This document shows positions 12,701-25,886 of a DNA stretch of 64,000 nt, in pieces (the first letter of the stretch is position 1; each line of letters starts with the position of its first letter). The stretch covers positions 372,001 through 436,000 of the forward strand of contig FLMG01000941.1 in NCBI GenBank assembly GCA_900088475.1, read 5' to 3'. This DNA comes from Hyphochytrium catenoides. Taxonomy: Eukaryota > Protista > Hyphochytriomycota. Under the pieces are notes generated by a model, which saw nothing but the letters and a program-made list of their open reading frames with translations, made no database searches and was not told the origin of the DNA. The position numbers and the translations under genes are program-made.

Positions 12701-15700
12701 AGATGGCTCTGAACTTCTGCCGGTCATCCTCGTCCGTTAAGGGATCTTGGAAAACACGGCAGATTTCGTGGATCCAGAGCTGCTCGAACTCTGTCCGCGT
12801 GGTGCAGGACTGAGGATCAGCCATAGCGATGCCCTGGAAAATCCTGTTGAGGTCACGAAGAGAGAAGAGATAGTGTGGCTTCGCTGGCGAGGGAACAAAG
12901 GCCTTGACTAGGGCTTGATAGAGGGAGAGCGTCGCGCTGGCAAAGTGATCTTTCAAGGAGCGAATGTCAATGTTGAAGCTCTGCGTCGCAGCTCCGAGGA
13001 GAGAGGAAGATATGAGGAGTTGCGTCCCTTCTTCCTCCTGAGAAAGCACAAAGAGGACCGAAAAGTGACGCGCGAGACGGAGATCTATGTCCTTTCTTGG
13101 CCGCTGCCCTCGGGCTCCACCTTCCTGCGCACAGAGAGAGTGACAGGTATCTCCAGCAACAACGAACGAGCAGCCTGTAAGCTCTTTCCTGGACTGCTGC
13201 TGAAGGTCATACAGTGCAGACTGCTCGACGAGCTGTCTCAGGAGCTCCAAAGGGCGGTGGATGCCTTGAGAGCTCTCCATCGCCATGTGAAGATCATCCA
13301 CGAAGATCATCGCTGCCTTTTTCCCTGCGGCAGGGACGAGCTTTTGAGAGCCTTTCTTCTCTAGATGTCCCTCGATACTGCGCTGTAGATCACTGCTGAG
13401 CGCTCGCCCAGCCACGCTGAGGACGGTAGGAGACGCCCAAGAGCGGGAGTTAGAGCTGGAATATAGAGCGTGCTCGACTGTCATTGTCTTAGCGGTTGCC
13501 GCGCCGCCTGCGAGGAAGACAGGGAAGCCGCCCGCTAGCAGTGTCTCGATGAGGAAGGAATGCCTGGTCACGCTGATGGTCGGGACCAGTAGTCGAGAGA
13601 GAGAAGAGTTCAAGAGTCCGTCGTCTCCCGCCAGGGAAGAAAGAGAAGAAAGAGAAGGAAGCTTCCAGGGGACGAACTCCAAGGTGTTCTCGTCTAGAGC
13701 AAAGTCATAGAGGCTCCAACTGGCTGAGGAAGAAGGAAAAGCTGCCTCTTCAAAGACCAACTTGCTCAGCTTCTCTCTCAAAAAGTTGTTGAAGGCTTTT
13801 CTCCTGCTGGCAGAGAGAATGACAGAGCCAAAGGACCCAACGACGGCAAAGAGAAAGACCTTGGCGATCTTCTGCGTCTCTCTTTCTTTCTCTCCTCGGC
13901 CGCCGGCCTCTTCTCCCGCACCAACGAGAGCCTTTCTCGCCTTCCAGAGGGCAGCAAAAAGCCTACAAAGGCTGTCTACCAGGCTAAGTGCGGACAAGTG
14001 CAGAGCAATATCGTCTCGTGTGGCCTGGAAATAGTCCAGAAGAGGCTGCAGGTACTCGCCAAAGAGCTTGCGTAAGGATTCCTGCTGGACAGCGGTAGAA
14101 AGAGAGGCAAAGTCTCTCTTCAGCCAGAGATCCACTAGGTCCCAGGGAGTGATGAGGTCAGAAGGGACGTAGACGATAGCTAAACGACTGAGAAGAGAAG
14201 GAGAAGCGGCGTGTAGATCCGTGCTTTCAAAGAGAAAACGGAGATCCGAAGGGAGAGAGAGACGATGGAAGTTAGGGAGAGACAGAGCATTCTCTTGGTC
14301 AAGGCTGGTCTCTAACGGTTCCACCCAGGACGAGTCAATGTTCCCATCGCATACTATCCATCGGCTCTCTTCTCCGCTGGTGGGAGCTTTGGCCTGGCGT
14401 ATGAAGAGAGAGAGAAGGCCGTCTCCCCAGTGGCCAGTGTCTCTCTTCACTTCCCCATACAATTGACTCATAGACAGAGTCTGCGGATAAAGAATCTCGG
14501 AGCGGATCTTCTTTGGTCTTCCCATTCTGAACGAAGAGGATGAAGGAGAGAGTGGCGGAGGATGCGCAGCTGGAGAAGAGGAATGAGAGGGAGAGCCCGA
14601 GGACGTGGTAGAGTTGATGGAAGAGCGCCGCTGCTGCTGTTGGAGTGCTGTCAGGGAGTCTCTCAACGTTTTCCAGAGCTGACTCTTCCCGCTGGCTGGG
14701 CTGCCAATGATTGCCACTCCTGTGCGGCTCTTCACTGCCTCGTAGAGACGGAGCAGCATCTTGAGAAACGCAGGAGAGAGAGAGAGATGCTCTCTCTCCA
14801 AGAGACTCTTTGATGCCGTTTCCACCTGAGGGAAAGGGAAGAAGGACGTAGGTGTGGAGGAGGGAGAGAGAGAAGGGATAGAAGAGAACCGCGAGGAATC
14901 TCCTGCTGCTCTTTCTCCCTCTTTTCCGTCCTGAGAGAGAGGAAGAGTCACCTGGAAGATCTCAGTCAGTAGCTTGTCAATGACGTGCAGCTCCTCCTTG
15001 TTGATGAGTTGAGAAGAGAGGACTTCTCTCGCCGCCATCGCGATGAGCTCTGGCTCTTTCAGGCGATGTGCACCGCCGCCTCCTTCTCCTTCTGCTCCGC
15101 CTCCGCCAGCCAGCTTTAAATCTGCCGCTCGGTGAAGTATCGCTGTCAGGCACCGGAGATTGGCCCCTCCTCTGCCCAGCATATGGGAGGCAGGAGAGAG
15201 AGAACAAGAAGAGAGAGAGAGGACCGCAAGTCTCTCCTGACAAAGGCGAGAGAAGGCAGAAAGCTTAGCTGAGAGAGCCTTAGCCTTCGTGAACCCTGCA
15301 CAGAGGAGCGACGCTTCACAGATGACTGCAGTGTCTGGATGCATCATAGCTACAGGTCGGAGAGAGCCAAGCAAAGCAGCAGGAAGCTGCAGTCGCCCCG
15401 GGAAAGCGTCTCTTTCTCTCTCTCCCTTTCCGTCCAAACGAAAGGTTCCTATCACTTGATGCTCCAGGCTAATGGGCACGTCGACGCCCATCAGCATTGC
15501 TGTCTTCTGCCCTGTAAATCGAGCAAGTCTAAGGCTTGCAAGCTGCTCTCCAAGAAGAGAGAGAGAGAGAGCGCTTAACCTTTGCATCTCATCGAGACAC
15601 AGCCAGGCTCCAGACTGCGCGGCACCTCTTAGGAGACGAGAGAGAAGCTCCCCGTCAAGAGAGGAGGAACAAGACGCAACGAGAGAGAAACTGCCTAACG

Positions 15701-18700
15701 TTCGAGCTAACTCGCGGACCGTCTCTGTCTTCCCACATCCTGAGGGTCCACACAGGGCTGCCCCTGCATAATTATGAAAGGAGGCTGTCAGGTTGAGCCA
15801 GCACCGGACTGTGAGAGGCGTGATAGCCAGGCGAGACGCGGCCCCAACGTACTCATAGCCATAGTTCAGCAAGGCCACGCCCTGCCTGGCTACGCATTCT
15901 TCTCTCTCTGCGCTCCAGCCAAAGCGGAGCTGCTGCTGCCAAACGAAGCTGGACAGCGAGAGAGGTTCAGCATCTTTCTCCTCGGTTCCTTGTCTCAAGA
16001 GAGCCTCTAGAACTTCTCTTTCATGCAGCTGTTGAGTCAGCAATCTCTCCATTAGGCGGCGCTGTAGGCTAGGCAAAGATAAGGCATGACTCTGAAGCAT
16101 CACGGAGAGCCCTTCAAGCTCCTTGACAAGCCTTGCTAGTTGCTCTTTGAGGCCTTTGGAGGGCATAGAGCTGGCCAACGTAGCCTCCACGCTTGCTGTC
16201 CAGCCTAACTGCAGCACTGTGGTCAGCACCTGGGCTGGATAGTGTTGATATTGCTGCTGGAGCCACTCTCTGGCGCTCGTTTGACTGCCGAGTAGCTCAG
16301 TCACCGCACCTTTCATCAGCTTCTGAAGAGAGCTCTTCACAATCAATTCTAGGCCTTTCAACCACTCTTCGAGGTTTCCTCGCAGCTTCATTGGCTTCAG
16401 AAGGGGAAGTCTCTCCCCTTCCAAGCTGACAACCCCATGAAGATCTGTAACACTTCTCTCAGGACCAAAGTCCAGGGCTGAGAGGCTGATGAAGCATTTC
16501 TGCAAGTGTCCGACCATGGCCTGAGGCATCCTAGGCTGTGCCACAAGGTCCAGCAGCTCTTCGTCAGAAAGGAAGAAGAGACGGGGAAAGCCCGTTCGTT
16601 TGGCTTCTAAGTAATCGTCAAGGGCCTTCCAGACCTCCTGCAGCTGCTGCTTGCACGTTCGTAGGACCTCCCTAAGCTTTGCATTGCCTGCTGCCCCTAG
16701 CACTGAAGGATTCTCTCTCGTTCTCCGCATGATGGACTTATACTCGCCGTCCACCGTGGAGAAGAGCTTGGCGGTCGCTGGCAATTGTCTCTGAATGTCA
16801 GAGGTGGAGAAGATGCCTTCTAGCTGTCCCCAGTCTTTCTGACAGGCCCGCCAGTCGCTCAATGTCTCTCTACAAGCTAAAAGAGACTGCTGAAGCTGCT
16901 CCACACGTGTGCGGATGTGCCGAATGTACTTGGAGCTCAACAGAGAGCTCAAAGTCATCAGCGCATCCTCCAGTCGTGCTGCCATCTCCTCTGTCCCAAC
17001 GAGAGCAAAGATGTCCTTGGACTCCTTATGAGGAGCGAGCTGGAACTCTTGGGCTGCCCAGGTCTGCTCCAGCTCTCGCAGAGTCTCCTGAAGTACATGC
17101 TCTTGCTTGGCATTCGCAGCTATCTCCGCCAGCAAGGCCGCCTGTGCCGTCACATTCCTCTGGAGAAGCGCATCAACCTTCAATTGTCGGCTGTCATCAA
17201 AGCTCAGTCCAGCCACGCCTTGGATCTCTATCCAATGCTGAGGCTTCAGATACTCAGTCCTTAGATCCCTTAGAAGAGGGACAATGGGCCGGAACTCGTC
17301 CAGAGAGAACTTCAGCTGCGCCAGCACAGCGTTGCCGGGAAGACCAATAGCTGCAGCCTGACAGACCTCTCCATAGGTGTCCAGCTCCTTCTGTGTCCAC
17401 TCGAGGTCAACTTCTGGCAGAGTGAGCTCTAGAAGGTACGCACGTTGTCTATGCCAGGCTTCAGAGCCTGTCCAAAGCCGAAGCTTCAGCTCTAAGTCTT
17501 TCTCCGTGTCAGTGAGGCTCTCATCGTCTGACTGAGAAAGGCCTAGCTCTGTCTCGAAGTAATGGAGCTGCGTCGCGCGCTTTCTGATACTTTCCACCAC
17601 TGTTCTCTGCTCGTGAAGGTACCTGAGTACCTCCGCAGGCGTGTGACGGACGTCCACCTCTCTCACGATTGCGTTGTCTAATCTCTCTCTAACGGCCACG
17701 ATCTGCTTCTTCAAGCTCTGGATCTCAGCTTCTACTTCGTCTCTAAAGCGCTTGGTATCTTCCTCATTGTGTCCTTCTGCTAGCTCGACGTTGGTCTCTA
17801 ATGTGTTCATCTCCTCGGTCACCATGATGAGCAGCGCCTGTTCCTCGTCAGGCACAGCCCACTGCTGGCTTGCCATAATCTTTGCCGCTGCGTCCACCTT
17901 CTCCTGTCTAGCCTTCAGTGCTGGCAAAGACTCTATCACCTTCGCACAGGTCTGCTTCTTATGGACAAAGTCCTCAGCGTTCGTGGGAGAGCCAGTGACG
18001 ATGGGCAGAAGCCTCGCGAGCTCATCCAACAGACTCTGTCCGTGGTGGCGGATGAGCTGAGGAAGAAAGTCCTGAAGGGCTTGCAGGCAGTGAGAAGGGC
18101 TTGGAAAGAGGATACTACGCAGTCTCGCGGTGTCAACCAGAAAGAGACCCACGATAGACCGCTGGGGAATGCCTGCAAAGCGCGTCACCTGCTCCTTATA
18201 CTTAGCTATGAGCTCCTCGATCTCTGAGAGCTCAATGTCCTGCAAGCGGCTTGTCAGCGTCTGCACGAAGCGCAGATTCTCCTGGTAGAGATCTCTAAAA
18301 GGAGAGAGACGCTCTAAGAACTGCTCAATGTCCCCATAGCCCGCCTTTAAACCGGAGAAGATGGCCTCCACCGCCTCTTCGACCTTCTCGTTTGCCAGCA
18401 GGTCGTCCACACCGTCTCTCTTGTCTCTCTGCTGGCCCTGCGCTTCCTCAGCCGAGAGGAAAGGTACAGAGCTCCGCGGTAAGGCATAGTCCGCGAACAT
18501 CTCATGGCCCAACATTTTCTGCGGAGCACGGACGACGCGTAGGGCAGAGGTTAGCGTGGCTCTAACACGCTCTTGGAGCTCTTCGAAAGACGGGAGAATG
18601 GAGAATTTTCCTCCGCCTTCGAAGGAGAGAAAGACAGCCTCTACGCCTAAGTAAGCGCTTGTTGTCGCGTTTTGGCCTCCTCTGCCATGGGAAGAGCCCT

Positions 18701-21394
18701 TGGACCGAGCTGTTCTTTCTCCTCCTCCTGCTGCTAATGCAGCAGCTGCTGCCGCTGCAGCTGCCCTAGTAGAGGCAGAGGCAAAGCTAGACGATAATCC
18801 TCTCGCTCCTGCTGCTCCTGCTGCTGCTTTCTCCTCAATGACAGGGATCTCCCCTTTCGCATTGACAATCTTAGAAAAATCCCAGAGAGACACAAGGGCA
18901 AGATCCTGAAGCGCGTCGTCCATAAGGAAGTCTGAGAGCTGCAAGAAGTTTGTCAGACGCTGACATTCATTCCTTAGCGCTGCTTTCTCCATGAAGGTCA
19001 TCTTCTGGTCAGCATTGATCTGGGATTGTCTCAGGAAAGAGTCAATAACCTCATCGAAAGCAGCTCTGAGGATTGTACGGGCCGTTGCGCTGAACTGGCT
19101 GACAGTGGAGGTCATGGCAAGCTGCAACTCTTCTTGTTGGGCGCAGAAGCCCTCAAGGCTAAGAGTCAAGCCCTGTTCAAGCTTGACGATCCTTAGCTTG
19201 AGAGCGTTGAGACAGAGCTGGCGAAGATGGTGGAGTGCCTTGCGTAGGGAAGGGTGGAAGAGAAAGAGATTCTTCTCTAAGGAGAGAGAGGCATTGGACC
19301 GCTTGGCATGGATCACGCTCCAGCGCCAGACTTTGAAGACCTTCCAAGGAAGGTAGTTCCTGAAGAAGCGGATCTGAAGGAATGAGGAACAGGATGACGA
19401 GGGACAAGGGAGGGTTCAGCGACAGAAGTAATGACGAGATTGCGGTGCGATGGAGGTAGGGGGCAAACAGATAAAGCAAAAGGCCACGCCGGGTGCCAGA
19501 GAGAGAGAGACAGAGAGGAGGAATGAGAGAGACAAAAGAGAGAAGANNNNNNNNNNNNNNNNNNNNNNNNNNNNNNNNNNNNNNNNNNNNNNNNNNNNNN
19601 NNNNNNNNNNNNNNNNNNNNNAAGGGAGAGGGCGAGCGGCAGAACAGGAACAAAGGAGTGTACGAAAGCAAATCCAAGCACATTCAAGATGATGGCGGGT
19701 ATAACGTGAGAATAGTAGGGATCTCTCAAATCCCCACTCTCTTTGAGGCAAGGTCTTCCTCTCTCTTTCTCTTTTTTACTCTCTCTTCTTTACTCTCTCT
19801 CTCTCTCTCTTCACGTTCAAGCTTGCCTTCTTTCTTGTCTCAGAAAACTAGCTCTGAAGGCCCGCTCTTACCTTTCTGATGCGGTTAAAGTAGATGAACT
19901 CTTTCTCCCACCGGCCAAGCGGCGTGTACTCTGTTGCTCCTCGGTGAAAGTGCGTCATTCCTTGGCTACTTAGCGTGTAATAGTCACCAGGGTCCGCCTA
20001 GGAACAGCGAGACAGAGTGAGCAAGAGATGGCCGGAAGAGGGGGAAGAGACAGAAGAGAAGAGAAGAGAAGAGAGAGCGAGAGAGAGGTAGTGAGGACCA
20101 AGAGCAAGGCGAGACCTCGGGTGGGAGAGACACCCAAAGATGGTAGCAAAGAGATGAAGAGGCTAGAAAAGAGATATGAGGAGGACGGTCAGATGAGACA
20201 GAAGGAGATGAGAAAAGGATGAAGCAGAAGCTGTGACATTATATCTCTAAAAAAGGAAGAAGTGTGAGGAACTAGAGAACAACCAAGAGAGAGAGAGAGA
20301 CAGAGAGGTGAGCAAAGAAAGTATTGACGCAAAGTCGGACGTCATTAGACACTAGCAGAGACATATGAACCCTCGATGAAGAAGAGGGAGAGGCGGGAGA
20401 GAGAGAGCAGAGGGAGAGGAAGAGGAAGAAAGAGAGAGACACAGGGAGAGACAGAGACGAGCGAAAGAAAGCGTGAGAGAAAAGAGAGAAGGGCAGAGAG
20501 AGAGAGAGATGGGATCACTCTCGCACATCATCATGAGAGACAATCTCAAGGTCATAGACAGAGCCGTTCGTCCTCTTTCGGAGGTAGAAGAATCCGCCTG
20601 CGGCTAGTGTCCGATGATGCACTTCCTTGAGACAGAGCGATGCTCCAAAGGTTCCGAGCGGGCCACTCATCTCTCGACTGGAAGCCAAGTTTCCCGATGA
20701 TTCTCTGCCTATTGAGCGCGAGCAGGAGAGACCAGAACGATGTCAGATGAGATAAGAATGGAGAGGCAAGGGTGTCGACTAGAGAGAGAGAGGGAGAAGA
20801 GAGGAAAGAGAGACACAACACGGAGAGACAGTGGGGGAGAGAGAGAAGACAGCAAGGAGAACAATAATAGCGGCAGAGACAGAAGAGACATACAAGAAGC
20901 AGGAGAGACAGACAGAAGGCGTGGATGGTAAGTCAGGGACAAAAATAAGGAAACAGAGCATGAAAGAGACTGAGAATGATGGAGAAATCTCGCTTAAGAA
21001 ACCCAGCGTCATGCACTGAGACATCTACTACTGTTTTACCGCGTGGCGAGAGAAGAGGCAAGCTCAGCGAGGAGCGGCGATGCTTCTCAGAATTCTTCTT
21101 CTTTGCCTCTTGCGGTCTCGAGGCATCTCTGACCACCTGAAGCTTCTCTTGTCCTTCTTTCTCCCTCTCATTCCCGGCAGGCAACTTTCCTCCCACGAGG
21201 GTGGGATCCGTCCGGCGTGGAGAAGAAGCCTTTATGAGATGTTTTCTCTCATCTGTCTTCGCCCTGGGTCCGATTGGGTTAGCAGAGAAGTACATTCGGC
21301 CCATGAGCATTGCATGGTTGCTGAGCTGCGTCTCTCCCTCTCTCTCTTCCAACTGATCCATCTCACTGCGAGTGTCATCGTCCTCCGCCTCCAT
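5193..21394 (-). CDS. Axonemal inner-arm dynein heavy chain, DNAH6-like, divergent (~4,440 aa)
   Basis: Exons (minus): 21394-21040, 20708-20527, 19997-19872, 19373-9954, 9389-9036, 8775-6841, 6360-5686, 5462-5193, all in phase (13,317 nt). N-terminal DYYTLSSQGMTHF...W..EFIYF...IRFFRNYLPWKVFKVW is DNAH6-like; linker FPRLFFLSDEELL; YGYEYVG..RLAITPLT; P-loops GPSGCGKT, GSPASGKS, GGAATAKT, GPSSSGKR; stalk coiled coil; C-terminal CPLYR. The true start may lie in further exons up to ~22100. Confidence 0.9.
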
Positions 21395-21773
21395 CAGTCT
21401 CTTGCAGGAGAAGGACGAGGAGATGAACGATGAGGTGCTTTTCTCTTTTCTATATATCGTGTTCTGAAGCCATTTGTCTGAGATCCGCCTCTCTTGTCTA
21501 AGGTAGGGAGACAGAGAAGAGCAGGGAAACTAATAGAGGCATCATGATGGTTGTCAGCTCTGTCTCCTGGTCTTTCTATTGCTCAGTCACTTTATTCTCT
21601 GTCTCTCTCTGGTTAGTCTTCGCTGTCTCTTTCCCTTCGTCACAGCCGGTCCTTTCTCTTCTTTCTCCTTGCTCTCCCTCTCTCTCTCTTTCTCNNNNNN
21701 NNNNNNNNNNNNNNNNNNNNNNNNNNNNNNNNNNNNNNNNNNNNNNNNNNNNNNNNNNNNNNNNNNNCTCTCG

Positions 21774-21807
<34 letters not shown>

Positions 21808-22556
21808 TGCTTGTGCCCTTGGAACCTCAGCGGCGGCGTTTGGCGGCGACTGAAACGAAACGGTACAAGGATTCTAAATCAGCACACCCTGAGCTCCTAT
21901 TCGTAATATATGTTAAAGGATTACAAATCCAAATGACCAGTGATGTGTATATTTCAAGGATTCGAAAAGGCTGAAAGCTTTCATTTGGAAGGCTCTTTAC
22001 TACCTTGCGATGAATTTTCCTATACCTTTCCTCAATGATTTCAATACTTTCACCTTCGCAAACCTTCCTTTTTCTGATGTTGACCATCATCCCCTCAACT
22101 TGAGTACTGCGAGACAGAGAAGGATCGAGAGACAAGCGAACGAAGGAAGAGTCAGCGATAGACAGAAAGAGAGCTTTCTGTAAAAGACTGAGAGAGTTAG
22201 ACAGAGATGAAAGAGGTAGAAAGGAACAGAGACAGAGAAAATAGGAAAGACGGGGAGACACACAGAGAAAGATAGACAGTGTCCTAGGAACTCCTAAAAC
22301 TCTGCAGTTGGAGCGGCGGCAGGCGTGACATGGATGATGATGCTTGATTGATCGCCTTCAACCTCTCGCATGCTGCCCTCGAACAATGACCATCGCCCCT
22401 GCTTCGTCACCGCGCTCATCGCAAGCTTCACTTCTCCCCTTGCATTGCGTGCTTTCCCGCCTGATCAGCATCTAGTAGCAGACTCGTCTTCACAAAGAAC
22501 GCAGCAGAGATTAAACGAATAACAAGCTTCACGCAATCCATCCGAGAAGAGATCCG

Positions 22557-25500
22557 ATGACGCTCCAAGTCTCTCCAAAGGCAGCACCGTCTGGCTTCGC
22601 TGCTGACGCTCAGAGCTCTACCAAAGCCTCTCGTCCCCGTGATCCCGAGGCCCAGAGCGCCATCAGCAGATTCCAAGAGTTTCTAAGAATCAAGTCCATT
22701 AGCGGGCTTGGACCCCAGGGATCCTACAAGGAGGTCAAGTCCTGCGGCCTATCTGTCGCTTCAGCATCTACCTACCAACGTCCACTCTGTCTTAATTGGT
22801 TATAACTCTCTTCCTTTCTTTCCTCATTCTTCTCTCTATGCTTCGATGCAAGCTTGCTTACACTGATCCTCTCTTCAGGCCGCGGATTGGCTGCTAAACT
22901 ATGCGAAGACCGGTAACATGCGGCTATTTGAACTTTATGCGCTTCCTTCCTATGCTTCGTCTCTCGCTGGTGACCGAGTCTCTGCCTTCTTATTTCAATC
23001 TCTCTCTCTTCCCTCCTTCTCCCTTCGTCTCTCTTTTCTCCTATTGTTTCTTCACTCCGTCATTCTCTTCCTACCTTTTGAGGCTCTAGTGGCCTGAGGA
23101 AGGCTTACGTTCTAACTTGATATTTCTCTGTTCTCTGCTGGATGACCATACTGTCTGGGATAGTGCTCGATCTGCCCACGCAAGTAGTCGAAATAGTGCC
23201 CAACAAGCCCATCGTTCTTGTAAGGCATCACTTGCCTCTCTTCTCCTATCCCTATCATATGCGGGGCTTCCTCTCAATAGTTCTTCCCCAAATCTCTTTA
23301 TCAAGTTTCTATTTCTTTCTCTCATTCTCTCTCCTCCCTTCCTCTCCCGCAGTCTCTCTCTCTCTTGGGCAACTATCCAGTTGTGACTCCGTCTTTACTG
23401 TCTTCCTCTTTCTTTCATAGATAAAGTGGAAAGGATTGCAGCCAGAGCTGCCGTCCATCCTGCTGAACTCTCACTATGACGTAGTGCCTGTGGTAGAGGA
23501 AAGCTGGGACGTCGACCCTTTCGCGGTAAGACGAACGAAGGGGCGAACGAAGGCGAGGGACATAGATAACCACCTGAAGTCGGGGCTCCAGGGGCACTTA
23601 TCTTTAACAGGAAGAGAAGGACTGACAGTGGCATGATTTGGGCTCAAGACAAGAAAGAGAGGTTGTCGAGCCAGCAGACAAAAGAAAGAGTAGGGACTTT
23701 CTATAAAAGAGAAAAGAGCAATCGACGAACGAGAGAAAAAGCTCCCAAAGACGTGACCAGGCGTCTAACGGAGAACATCAAGATGGTACACATGAGCTTG
23801 GGCGGAAAAGATTGTTTGCTCATGCGTGGACCCTTATTGCTAAAGCGCTAGCCGTGTCTTCTCTTTCCCTTCCTCTTTGTCGTGCTTTGTTGCTTCTAGG
23901 GCGTGAGAACTGATGACGGGAAGATCTACGGCCGTGGCGCCCAAGACATGAAGTGCGTTTGCATCCAATATTTGGAGGCCATTGCCAAGTTGAAAAGAGA
24001 GGGCTTTACTCCAGTCAGGAACCTCTATCTTTCCTTCGTTCCTGACGAAGAGATAGGCGGCGTAGATGGAATGAAGCGGTTCACGGAGAGTGAAGCTTGG
24101 AAGGAGCTTCTTCCCATAGGAATCGCCCTTGATGAAGGACTTGCCAACCCCGCTAATGCTTACACTGTCTTCTATGGCGAGAGGACACCCTGGTGGCTCC
24201 TAGTGAAGGCGACTGGCAATGCTGGGCATGGAAGCCGTTTTATCCCCGATACCGCAGTCTCGAAGCTAATGTCGATATGCAACAAGGTATGCTTTCATAC
24301 TTGCTAGAGGAATCACATTGCTTCACAAGCCTTCTCTCTCGCTCCGTCCCCTTCCAAGATTGAATTATGGCAATGTCAGCTGTGCTTGTATATATGGGCC
24401 CTGACACTGAGGCATATGTGGCTGGCTTGATGGTCATTTAGCGACATTTTCTCTCTCTTGCAGACACCTCGCTGCAGCTGTCGATATAAATCTTCTGTTA
24501 TCACTGCCATTATGTAAGGAAGAAGACGCTGACATTTATCTGCGCTTGCCCAATGTTCTCTTCTCCTGTTAAGGCCCTGAAGTTCCGAGAGGAGCAGGAA
24601 AAAGCTCTGGGGCACAGCGGAGGCTGCTCCCATGCCCAGGCTAAGAAGCTAGGAGACGTGACCACGTTGAACTTGACGATGTTACGTGCGGGAGTTACGA
24701 CAGATGCGGGACAAACTTGGGCACTGAATGTTGTGCCAACCACTGCAGAGGCGGGGTTCGATGTGAGAATCTCTCCCTCAATGGAGACGGCCGAGTTCAG
24801 AGTACGTAACGCTGGCTGAACTGGTCTCATGGTCTCTTTTGGACGTCTTCTTGGGCCCTTTCTGAAGCGTTGGCGGTTGAGGAGGGTGGTCGAGCTCCTT
24901 GTATCTGTCCTTCTGGCCATCCGTCACTCACCGCATTTGCGATGCTATCTCTATCTCTACACGTCCGCTGACGGCTGTCTCGGTAGGCTCTCTTAGACAG
25001 CTGGTGCCAGGCTGACGCGGGAGTGACCTGGTCCTTCGCCGAATGGACCTCTCCCTTGGAGGAGCACTACCTGACCTCTCTGGACAGAGAAAAGAATCCT
25101 TGGTGGGGGATCTTTTTGGACGTGTGCAAGGTAGCTGAAGACGCGCTTACTGGATCTGTCTCTTCGTTCATAGACCTCGATGGAGTGTACGCATACTATA
25201 TTTCTTGACTCCTCCTCAAGTTGCCGCCGTTTGGCGTGAGGACTCTTTATCTTGACCAACACCATTCTAAACCTCTGTTTGCACCTCTTTCCTACGACTA
25301 TTTTGTGTTGTTGACGTGTCGTCTGCAGGGAGCAGGAGTGAATGTTGAGCCAGAGATCTTCCCAGCAGGTACCGATAGCAGATTCCTTCGGGAGTTGCAG
25401 ATACCGGCCCTTGGCTTCTCTCCTATGAGGAACACTCCAATCCTTCTGCACGATCACAATGAGTATCTGCACGAGGATATCTTCCTAGAAGGCATCGGCA

Positions 25501-25562
25501 TTTTGAAGTCTCTGATAGAGGCTTTTGCTAGCACAGATCGGCTTCCGACAGAGAGACACTAG
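22557..25562 (+). CDS. ACY1: Aminoacylase-1 (M20 metallopeptidase family), 8 exons
   Basis: Exons approx. 22557-22732, 22879-22912, 23164-23219, 23421-23525, 23900-24286, 24574-24801, 24987-25130, 25329-25562. Motifs SILLNSHYDVVP, IYGRGAQDMKC, FVPDEEIGG, ALDEGLA, GHGSRF, IFPAGTDSRFLR, LLHDHNE. Confidence 0.95.
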
Positions 25563-25886
25563 ACGTTTACACTGCGTTTTCTCATAAGCCGTATAAGTAA
25601 ATGTAGATCTGGTTGTTTTCGCGAAGAGGCAGAGAGGATAGCACCTCTATGCTTGACAGATGAGCTATCGGTCATCCGCAGCCGTCTCCTCTCCCTTCCG
25701 TGCGGTCTGTAGTGTCCTGCCTTGTGCCTATGAGGAGCCACCGCGGCGACTCAGCCCTTGCGCGGCGACTCACACTTGAAGGGCAGGGACCCACAACTTT
25801 GCGTGTCTTCTTCTGCCTCTCTTGCTTTTCTAAATAATGAAGGACAGAGACTGGGAATGCTATGTAGGGGTGATACGAAGGACAGT

